Source of the DNA: Octopus bimaculoides
Taxonomy: Eukaryota
Assembly (NCBI RefSeq): GCF_001194135.2
Contig: NC_068983.1
Coordinates: 126,211,677 to 126,275,676 of the forward strand
DNA: 64,000 nucleotides
Reading direction: 5' to 3'
Positions within the stretch are counted from its first letter, which is position 1. Each line of letters opens with the position of its first letter. The notes below the pieces were generated by a model. It made no database searches and was not told where the DNA came from. It saw only the letters and a program-made list of their open reading frames with translations. This document shows, piece after piece, positions 54,320 through 64,000 of the stretch. The translations under genes were made by a program, and so were the position numbers.

Positions 54320-54500
54320 CAAGGCTGCGAGCTGATTGCATCGCTAGCAAGCAAGGCAACATACTTAGCAGGATTTCGATGGCCTTTACATGTTGAGTTC
54401 AGATTCCACGGGGCTTAACTTAGATTTTCATTTTTTTTTGTGTTCGATGAAGTAAGCAAGCGTTGAGGATATGTTATTCCATTACCTTTGGCAAAATACT
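54320..54500 (+). mobile_element. tRNA-derived SINE (family B), old copy
   Basis: aaggctgcgagctgattgcatcgctagca...acttagcaggatttcg...ttacatgttgagttcagattcc. Confidence 0.7.
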
Positions 54501-57164
54501 ATTCTGCTATTCTTTGTTAATTGCCATTGGCAACACTTAATGCTTTATCTGACACGTTAACATTCACTAGTCAACGTCACCTGCGTGTGAAAACGTTCCA
54601 GTTTTGTTTAGAAATCCATTTAGCTGCTCTCTCCGTTATATTAATGTTTGTAATGCTGCTGGCAGTATTAGTGGTAGTAGTGGTGGCAGTTTTTTCGATA
54701 GTGTTGTTGCTGCTTTTATGATGGCTCTCTTTTGTTGTTCCTTTGATGATGCTGTCTGTGTTAGAATTTTTAACTGCAGAAAGTTAGCTTCATACATTTC
54801 CCGTGCTGTGTTGTAATCCTTGTTGTCGTAGTTGCTGATAATATCGTTGTTATTACTGCTGCAGTTGTTGTCACCGATGTTTGCAATTATGCACTTCTGT
54901 ACTGCAAGCGTGAGACCTTTTCTACGGATGATAAATCCTCGTCCACCATCATTCTTTTATTGAATAAAAGTTGAGATGAAGTTTTTAGTAAACAAGTCAC
55001 AATCTTGGACTTAAGGGCTAAAGTTGCAGAAATACTAAACAGCTCCCATAAGTTCCTGGCTCGTTTTGTTTTTATATATATAAAAGCATAACAAATGTTT
55101 AGTATATAATTTGTTTAAGCGTAAATACACTTGTGGGATCGACTTACAATAGACGCACATGTGACGCTCTGTGAACCATAGATTGAATCAATCTTAATTC
55201 ACTTAATAAACTGAACCATTGATCAGAGCTTTTAAATCATGTACACAATGTCATTATTATTCTCAGCATACGACTTACTTTATTAACTCTAGTGAGTGAT
55301 TCAGTGTAAGATCTATTCGAGTAGAATTTGAACTGATAACCTATACTCACAACATTGATAACTCTAGGGTATTCTAATTTGACAGTAGAGAAATATAGAT
55401 TATTGGTAATACGACACAATTTACTAACTAACTCAACACCTGCTGTTCTGTTTTGTGAAATAAATGACGAATACTTTAAGAAACTTTATAGTTTACTTCT
55501 CTATCAGAATTCGTATCTAAAAATTGACGTAAAACTAAGTTTATAAATTTCTTATTATTTGTTCTTATGAAACAGGAAATAAGAGAAATGAGAAAGGAAA
55601 CAACAGAAAAGGACAAACAGAAACGTTGAAAGAATGTGGGGAGCAATGCAGCAGAAGAATGGAGGTGTGTGCTAAGCGGAGTGCTAAGCCGCACTCCGCA
55701 CATTGTAGAATATATATTTCACACATTAACAATAACAAATAACAAAACAGAATGATGTACGCACAGAATGTATTAGCTTGACTCTCATCGAAGCTGAGGG
55801 AGTGGCAGAATTAAATGCACGCTAGATATTTTTTTATTTATGTTACTTAGCTGAAATTCGTGGTGCACTTGTTATGCAATGAGCCATCATGGTCAACTTA
55901 GGTAATCATGAAGCTAAAATTACCATACCGTAGTGAAGGTTACGTTATCACCCGGATTTTCTTAGTCACCCAAAACACAATAGTGAATTAACTGAATAGA
56001 AACAAAATGCTGTAAAATATAGAAACAAGAGTGTTAAAACCATAAAAAAAATCAAGAAATGTCGAGAACCAATGAGCGAAAAAAAGAGAGAGAAAGAAAG
56101 AAACAAGAAAAAGAAAGAAGAAAAGGATTATCGTTATAGCAGGCCATAAACATCTGTTCAAGAGATGTGACAATAGACGTTTCTGTCTGTTAGAATGCTG
56201 TCGCCCAAGTTTATACAGTAAAATAGTGCTGGAGTTGGAATTGTCCGTTCCATAGAACACATATATACATTGGGGATACATACATATATACATATATAAT
56301 GCACATAAATACAAACACATGTATATATGTGTGTATGTGTGTCTGTGTTTGTGCGTGTGTGCGCGCCTGCACGCTTATGAATATCCACACATGTATGCAT
56401 GCAAACCCAAATACGCGTACATATATATGCACCTGCACTGGTATACACGACTATGTATACACATATATACGGAAATACACATACATACACGCGTGGATGA
56501 AATGTTATTTAAACACTCACCCGGTTGAATAAGTTTGGTGAAAGTGTTGGTGCTGTTAAACATCTATTTCGAAGACTTCATCTTGACATTTTGAAGTGCA
56601 TTTTGATAGTTTTCAATCTTGATTAGATCCTTTTTTTTTTTACAGAAAAAGACACATCATTAACACGATTATTCAGCTTAGACGCAAACTCTTCTCCTTA
56701 AATGTCTACTTCTCTAAGGGTTATGATGCTTGTTTTCTCTTTTAAGGTGTTAATTGAATCCTTGATGCCATTTTCTGTTTTCTTATTCAATAAATTTGTC
56801 AGATTTTCTGAAAAAAGAAAAGAAAATAGCTGGACAATTATAATTGGAAATAATATTAAACACATTATTTTTTATGAATTCTCTCAGAAATAAATTCCAT
56901 TCTATGGAAATTAAACCAATCATAGCAAAACGTTATGACAGATAACCTTTGGTATTGTTTTTAAACGAGGAGACAAGATTTCTGTTGTTAAAACTTAATA
57001 TGGTGTGTGTACCTATATCTGCTATAGTCTCCTAAAAGGCAAAATTCGAGCAAATAAGTGAACATGTGTTTGTATGCAAGGATATACTTGTAATGTTCAA
57101 TTTGACATCATTGTTTGTGAATGTTAAATAAACAGGCTTTTAAATAAAGAAGGTAGTACTTATA

Positions 57165-57201
<37 letters not shown>

Positions 57202-58672
57202 ATATACACACAGACACATACACATATACACACACGTACACATAGACACGGAGAGTCACACGCACATGCACACAATACACACACACACTAATATATATAT
57301 ATATATATNNNNNNNNNNNNNNNNNNNNNNNNNNNNNNNNNNNNNNNNNNNNNNNNNNNNNNNNNNNNNNNNNNNNNNNNNNNNNNNNNNNNNNNNNNNN
57401 NNNNNNNNNNNNNNNNNNNNNNNNNNNNNNNNNNNNNNNNNNNNNNNNNNNNNNNNNNNNNNNNNNNNNNNNNNNNNNNNNNNNNNNNNNNNNNNNNNNN
57501 NNNNNNNNNNNNNNNNNNNNNNNNNNNNNNNNNNNNNNNNNNNNNNNNNNNNNNNNNNNNNNNNNNNNNNNNNNNNATATATATATATATATATATATAT
57601 ACATACATATAGTTGAGGTGTGTTCTGTTAAGAACGTATAAAAGTACAAAAAGAGCTCGTTCACCCTTAGAATTCCCAAATAAACGGTAGTATTCGTATG
57701 GTATGCTGCCAATTCTAGTCTTAGGTATTCCTCCTGTGAGGAAGAATTGAGTATTCTACTCAGTGATGAAAATATAGTGAATAAACATGATGAGGAAACT
57801 CCAAGATGTAACCACCGTGCCAAATATGTATTTTCTAGATGGAACAGTGTATGAATTATAATTATTATTCTATTTCACTAAACCCATTTTTACCGCATTC
57901 ACGTATGCATAGCAGTGTGTATTTATGATAGAACTTTGAACGATATAACTATGCAGATATAATTATGTACATGGCAAGGAGTAGATAAATGTATAAGCGT
58001 CTATGTATAGATGTGAAGGTGTTTATTGATATGTAGTTGAGTATATATATATATATGAGTGTGTGATCTTAATATATGTAGATATATTTTTATATATGTA
58101 TGTATGTGTGTACGTGTCTGCGGCTGAGTGTATGTGTGAGTGTATGTGTGTGTGTGTATGTGTGTATGTATGGAAACACTCCGTGATGTATGGTATATCG
58201 GTGTGTAAGTGATTGTATACATATAAGCTAATGGCTGAATTTATTTTGCGTAAAGGTACTGTTTGATATGTGCAGAATAACATGAATAAATAAACAGACA
58301 ACAGAATAACTGAATAAATAAATAGAGAACGTGCACATTGCAGCTCATTTCGAACCTGATAATACATTCATATTGAGAGAACTGAAGCCGTCAGCGTTTG
58401 TTAGTATCAAAGAAGATGCCATGGATGTTGTAGCATAGAAATCTACATTTGCTTACGGAAACATCAACTGAGTATCGCCTAAAGATATACATATACATCT
58501 TCTTATACAGGTAGATCGTTACATAATTTAATTTAAACTTAACTTTGAAACCTGTGTATACGATGATCTGTATGTATCGAAAGATTTGTAGTGATTAAAA
58601 AGCTGCCTAAACATACTCTTCCTTTTAGCTCTTTTACTCTTTACTTTTTACTTTTTATACATACATACATAC

Positions 58673-59245
58673 ATTCAGAAAAATCATATTAATTACATAT
58701 ACGAGGGATGACCAAAAGTGGACATCTATTTTGCTAGAAGTCGACTCCCTATGGTCTGACCACTAAGAAAAGATTCTTCTCAAGAAAATTCAGCAAGCAC
58801 CAGAATCTAAGCCAGCAAAACAAATGAAAAGATAGAAAATATTAAAGATTAATCATAGACCGGTTTCGTTGTCACCACTTACGTAATTAAGATCACAGAA
58901 CGAAAACTTTTGAAATATAACACCAAACGTAACTGGTAGAACTATATGCATATTCAATCCCATGCGGACGTCTCGTTTATAGTTCTGCCTTTTACATTGC
59001 CAAGACGATCATACTGAAGAGTTGCGGACAATTACGTAAGTGGTCTCAACGAAACCGGTCTATGATTAATCTTTATATTTTGTATATTTTCATTTGTCTT
59101 GCTCGCTTAGGTTGTGGTGTTTGCTGAATTTTCTTGAGAACAGTCTTTTCTTCGTGGTCAGACCATAGGGATTCTACTCCTAGCAAAATGGATGTCCACT
59201 TAGTTGTCATCCCTCGTATATGTAATTAATATAATTTTTCTGAAT
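58673..59245. repeat. Long inverted repeat (arms 58673-58888 and 59030-59245, 141-bp spacer); probable inverted PLE pseudo-LTR pair
   Basis: Arms align end to end at roughly 90% identity by eye; a hammerhead straddles the spacer and right arm. Confidence 0.9.
59007..59067 (+). ncRNA. Type I hammerhead ribozyme with intact canonical core
   Basis: GAUCAUA (stem I), CUGAAGA, GUUG...CAAC (stem II), GAAA, palindromic ACCGGU stem III, GUC cleavage triplet ending at 59060, UAUGAUU (stem I', 7 bp with one G-U). Confidence 0.85.
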
Positions 59246-59328
59246 CTTCAGATTTTTTCATTATGCTAGGCCATTCGTTCTAAATTGATATTAATCAAAC
59301 TAATATTCAATGTTTCACCCTTATTATT

Positions 59329-59385
<57 letters not shown>

Positions 59386-59419
59386 TTAAATTAGCTGGAA
59401 GTCCATCGGTTAAGAGGAC

Positions 59420-59660
59420 GTGACTTCCAGCTGATCCGATCAACGTAACACCCTGCACGTGAAATTAACGAGTATGTTTCAGAGCACCCCACCAGTAGGC
59501 GTAGCGGTAGCGGAGTTCTCAAAAAGATTCAGTATGACATCAGATGTGACATGGTTGGCCCTTTCAGATGCAAGTACTATCAACTTCTGCCAGCTGAGTG
59601 AACTGAAACATCGTGAAAATGTCTTCTTCAACGATACAACGTGCCACCGGGTATCTTCTA
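59420..59660 (-). mobile_element. SINE (third family), partial
   Basis: cttccagctgatccgatcaacg...cacgtgaaattaacg...gccagctgagtgaactgaaacatcgtgaaa; recognised from memory as an octopus SINE body. Confidence 0.6.
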
Positions 59661-59990
59661 AATTAGTAGAAAGAGAAAGACTTTAATATATTTTTAAGGA
59701 TCAGTTACAATTGTTTATCTAACAAATCTCCTTTGAATGCTAAATCTTTGAATTTTTATACTCTTTAATTCATCCCTAATTTGTAAATCCTCCACTTAAA
59801 TGCTAGTGTTCTGGACGCTTTTCTTGGAAGTAATACTGTTACGGTCTCCCGGGAATTTATGCTTACGAATATCACTACCACCTCTCGATGGTACATATTC
59901 TATTACTATTACTCCTCATGCGGAATGCTTTTAACTTCTAAGATTTAACAAATTTAAATACTATGTCCTACACTATATAAACCTCGCCTC

Positions 59991-59999
59991 TTGTTGTTG

Positions 60000-60061
<62 letters not shown>
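59991..60061. repeat. (TTG)n/(TTA)n microsatellite
   Basis: Direct reading. Confidence 0.95.
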
Positions 60062-60063
<2 letters not shown>

Positions 60064-60065
<2 letters not shown>

Positions 60066-60138
60066 TCACTGCTTGGAATCGAAAACTCGAAATCTGGGGG
60101 TTATTAGCCCGCGCTCTTAACCCCTACGCCATATGCCC
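60064..60138 (-). ncRNA. tRNA-like segment with Pol III A and B boxes, directly 3' of the PLE ORF
   Basis: Minus strand GGGCATA-TGGCGTAGGGGTTAAGAGCGC-GGG-CTAATAA-CCC...GAGTTTTCGATTCC; A box at 60121-60131 and B-box-like at 60075-60088. Not a functional tRNA. Confidence 0.65.
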
Positions 60139-60189
60139 GTGGGCAATTATGGAAAATGAATTTTAGGGGTTAAAAATCTAATATTCTCC

Positions 60190-60965
60190 TATCCTTCCTT
60201 ACTACCGGTCCCCATATGCTATTCATATCTGCACACAGTCTGCTTAGGAGTTTGTTGCGTCCTAGCATATGTACTGCTACTTCTAGTTTTGATCTCTGTC
60301 TATTATTTTAATTTCATACCACAGGGGGAGGTGGTCTCTATTTTTCCATACAAGATCAGCTGTACCCGTTTTATTAATATCTCCTCGTGTCACAGCTTTG
60401 TGACGTTCGTCTACCCTTATTTTGAAGGGCGGCATATTTCGCCTTTGTATAACCTACCACAGCTGCATGGGATGGAGTACACGCAGTTTTTGGTCATATT
60501 CTCTTCTTTGGGTAGTTTTACACGAAGGAGATATTTGCGAAGTGTTGTATTGCTCTTGAATACCGTCTTGATGTCATATGGGCCGCATATCTTTGTATCT
60601 TTTCGAAGAGGCCTTTCACATATGGTAGACAGACCGTGGACAGTTTATTGGTTTCATCATCTTTTTTCTTAATACTTGGAGTAGATAGTATGTTTTGTTG
60701 TAGTTGTTGCTTATCAGGCTGTTACTGAGCTTGATAATTTCTTTGTGGTGGGTATCACGATCGCTAATTATGTTCTTTGCTCGATGTTAGGCACTGTGCA
60801 ATCCCTCCACAGTATGGATTGTGGGAATTGAAGCTGAGGTATCGTCCAGTGAAGTTCGTCTTGCGGTATATGGATGTCCTGAAACCATACTTGGTGCATG
60901 TTATTAATACCTCCAGGAATGCTACCGGATTGTCTTTTTCCTTTTCTATTGTGAAAAAGACAATC
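60190..60965 (-). mobile_element. Penelope-like element ORF fragment (RT thumb + GIY-YIG)
   Basis: QFPQSILWR (HPQSILRG), HRAKNI, TVCLPYVKGLFEK, CGPYDIKTVFKSNTTLRKYLLRVK, KNCVYSIPCSCGRLYKGEICRP, TADLVWKN.DHLPLWYEIKIIDR, MNSIWD. Confidence 0.9.
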
Positions 60966-60983
60966 AGGTGGCATTCCCACCAA

Positions 60984-61015
60984 TAATAATAATGTTAAAA
61001 ATAAAACTACTGAAC

Positions 61016-61059
<44 letters not shown>

Positions 61060-61230
61060 CAATAATAATAATAACATCGAAAAATACATTAGGAATGAGA
61101 TCCCAGTTTAGAAAGTTCCCCAAGACCTGCTGAAGGCTGGAAGGTATATCAGCCGAAACGTTGTCTTCACAACAAAGAAGATGAAGACAAATATCCGTCA
61201 AATGTAAATAATGTAAATAATGTACACATA
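60984..61230 (+). mobile_element. PLE pseudo-LTR segment: (AAT)n, hammerhead, tail
   Basis: (AAT)n-aacatcgaaaaatac...hammerhead...atatccgtcaaatgtaaataatgtaaataatgta. Confidence 0.75.
61122..61167 (+). ncRNA. Minimal type I hammerhead ribozyme, A6C core variant with an extra A after A9
   Basis: AAGAC-CUGCUGA-A-GGCUG-gaagguauau-CAGCC-GAAAC-GUU-GUCUU: perfect 5-bp stems I and II, palindromic AACGUU stem III; predicted cut after 61162. Confidence 0.75.
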
Positions 61231-61832
61231 AATCCTAATAAAATATGACTATAATGCTGGTAATCATGCTCTGAAACCCATTTTGGCATTTGGCAATAAA
61301 CATGGAAAGTCTGAACGTATTTCGATCTAATTTAGCAACCTTAACGGTCTATAGTTCTAGGTGTAAAACAAACCCTACTGTGACTGAGAAAGTACAAATA
61401 TCGAATACGAGTTAAGCGTAAAATCATTTCCTTATATTACTGAATATACAAGCAAAGATACGTTATATACAAGAACAGCAGGGTAGCAGAAACCCATTTC
61501 AGCGAAGTTATAACTCATACTTCTGTGATTTACTGACCTGTGATTAGTTCTTTGATACAGAGGGACAGGTCATTCTCTATGGACAGTATACATTATATAT
61601 GGAAATGATACGACCTGAAACAAGATTGTGTACTATATTTTATGAAACATCAATAAATTGATGAATTATGTATATTTTTGCAGCACGTAGAGTATGAATA
61701 TCGTCTATTAAACGAGTTGGCTTTTGCATACTGATCTGCTCTATGAAATAATACACTGTTTCTGTTTCCTCGTACTAACCAATAACTAGTCCTATTCATA
61801 AATATATTTATTCTTTTATTCTGTTAATTATT

Positions 61833-61990
61833 TCAGTCTTTTGGCCGCGGCCATGATGGAGCACCGCTTTGAAGGGTTTTAGTAAACACCAGAACTTATT
61901 TCTCAAGCCTAATACTTATTCTATCAGTATCTTATGCTGTAACGCTAAGTCACAGGGACGTAAACACACTACCATCTGTTGTCAAGCGAT
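61833..61990 (-). mobile_element. SINE (family A) 3' half
   Basis: ttcagtcttttggccgcggccatgatggagcaccgc...aagcctaatacttattctatc...gggacgtaaacac...tgtcaagcgat. Confidence 0.8.
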
Positions 61991-62019
61991 CATACACACA
62001 TACACGTATGTGGGGGTGC

Positions 62020-62021
<2 letters not shown>

Positions 62022-62097
<76 letters not shown>

Positions 62098-62107
62098 GTG
62101 TGTGTGT

Positions 62108-62173
<66 letters not shown>
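62022..62173. repeat. Compound (TA)n(TG)n(CA)n(TA)n microsatellite
   Basis: Direct reading. Confidence 0.95.
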
Positions 62174-62175
<2 letters not shown>

Positions 62176-62532
62176 TGATACAGCTGGTACCTACGTCCAT
62201 CAGTGATAATTGGTGACAATTAAATTTCTCATTTTTGGTTATATAATGGGTATAGCTGCCTTCGTTATTTTATAATTTCCACATTAACATTGGAGTAAAT
62301 CAGCTATAAATTTATATGGTAAATATATATCCTGACAGTGCGGATTTACCTAAAATATTCGGAGATGGAGTAGTCACTACTGACGGGTCTGTATTTTTTC
62401 AGACGAACCTAATCTAGTGAACTTACTTCGCTTATGGGGCAGTTATCTCCCCTGTCATTATCAGAAAATGTGCTTTCTTATGGCTCTAAGTGCGTTAACT
62501 CTTATTTGTAGCAATACATGCGCTCCGCCTTA

Positions 62533-62578
<46 letters not shown>

Positions 62579-63767
62579 TAAGACGCAGATGCAACCCAAA
62601 AAATTATAGCATACGAAAAAAGTCTTATAGGGAGTATCATATATCAAATATAGTCCTTCTTGTGAGCAACGTTTACTATTATTTTTCTTTTTTTTTATAA
62701 CACACGTGAAATACTGGTTGCCTTCGCTTCAGATACGCCAATATCTTATCCGCAGATACCTATATAAGATATTGAATTCTATGAAATGTCGAGATGAGTA
62801 AATCGTTTGTCCTTGGAATTTATTGTTGAAAATAATATATGTTCATAAAAATTTAAGGAAATTCAGCTGAAAGTCTGTATCTGTATGAGTTATAATGCGT
62901 TTTGAAATAAATGCTTCCTTTTAGCTTGATTCTATCTGATAATATAGAGTTTATATCATGTATTATGCCATCAGTCAGCCTTGGTACACTATGGGCCCAT
63001 TGTATCGAGCTTTTCATAGAACTTTGTGATTATTCTAAATTAAAACTTTTGTCAAATAGATTGGTTTCAATGAAAGCAGAATTTCTGGGATCGCAAAAGT
63101 ATTGGTTAACATCTGTAACAGAAGTCTAACTCGTTATGCACGCATCAGTGTACAACTATTATTGACTCCTTTATATTTTAGTTTTAACAGATATATTCTC
63201 AATGTCCAAGTCAAAAATTGCATTATGCAGCTTTTGGGAAATTGTAAATTCATCTACAACAAAATCAAAAAAGGAAAATCCAACTATATAAATACTGAAA
63301 CTTCACTGAAATGCTACTCTCTAATACGATTCATAAATGCACATCTCTGCCATATGTATTTTTTGCTATATCTTCTCTATATGTATCTTTGGCTTTTTGA
63401 AAAGTTCCCCGTTATGTTATGTTGGAATAAAAGCGAAACAACATAAACAAAGTAAGGTTTTCTCAAGGCTGTACCGAAGATTTCCTTATAAGATATTTGC
63501 TTCGCATAAATGTATATTGTAATGTACGCATGTGTGGCTGAATGTATGTATATGTATATCTACATATGGATGCATACATGTAGGTCGCATTGCAAGTATG
63601 TATGAATGGATGATTATGTCTATGCACCAACGAATAAACGCTCACATACGATCACGCGCCTGAAGACACAAAAAAATACGTCGACATTGAGGAGTCATAA
63701 ACAGGCATATTCCTATCCGTATATTCAGACTTGCACGTGGATACGTATATATAAGATAAATGTAAGT

Positions 63768-63788
63768 CTATCTATCTATCGGTCTGTA

Positions 63789-63853
<65 letters not shown>

Positions 63854-63939
63854 GTCTCTCTGTCGGTCTATGTATGTATGTATGTATGTATGTATCTATC
63901 TATCTGTCTATCTATCTATCTATCTATCTACCTGTCTGC

Positions 63940-64000
<61 letters not shown>
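63768..64000. repeat. Compound (TCTA)n/(TCTG)n/(TATG)n tetranucleotide repeat
   Basis: Direct reading. Confidence 0.95.

Noticed and set aside
54622-54956. About 110-codon stop-free frame on the minus strand
   Set aside because: Derived from decayed AAC/AGC/ACT triplet repeats; no early start codon, splice signals or recognisable motif.
58700-59218. The inverted repeat as a TA-flanked mariner MITE (TA-CGAGGG...CCCTCG-TA)
   Set aside because: The inverted symmetry continues about 27 bp beyond the TA on both sides, and the unit carries a hammerhead, so an inverted PLE LTR fits better.

Overview
AT-rich eukaryotic DNA with about 13 N-gaps, most flanked by (TA)n, (TG)n or (ATT)n. The SINE and LINE repertoire matches what I recall of octopus genomes (probably an Octopus short-read assembly; recognised from memory, not searched). 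I found no host protein-coding exon I can support, so the window looks intergenic or deep-intronic. It is a mosaic of decayed mobile elements: a near full-length RTE LINE (10.9-14.2 kb, minus), several Penelope-like element (PLE) fragments with RT and GIY-YIG remnants, a mariner, CR1, RTE, Tx1 and RLE-type LINE pieces, a split Chapaev-like transposase, a Helitron 3' end and about 12 tRNA-derived SINEs. The most notable signals are RNA-structural: (1) an intact type I hammerhead ribozyme (59007-59067) inside a ~216-bp inverted repeat that could sequester it; (2) a 5'-inverted PLE that reconstructs to ORF, tRNA-like head, (AAT)n and a core-variant hammerhead; (3) a candidate pseudoknotted RNA motif at the RTE 5' end. 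One old ~1.36-kb inversion with a breakpoint duplication is also visible. Most ORF-track entries are microsatellite or N-gap artefacts. Element boundaries are approximate except where exact motifs are quoted.
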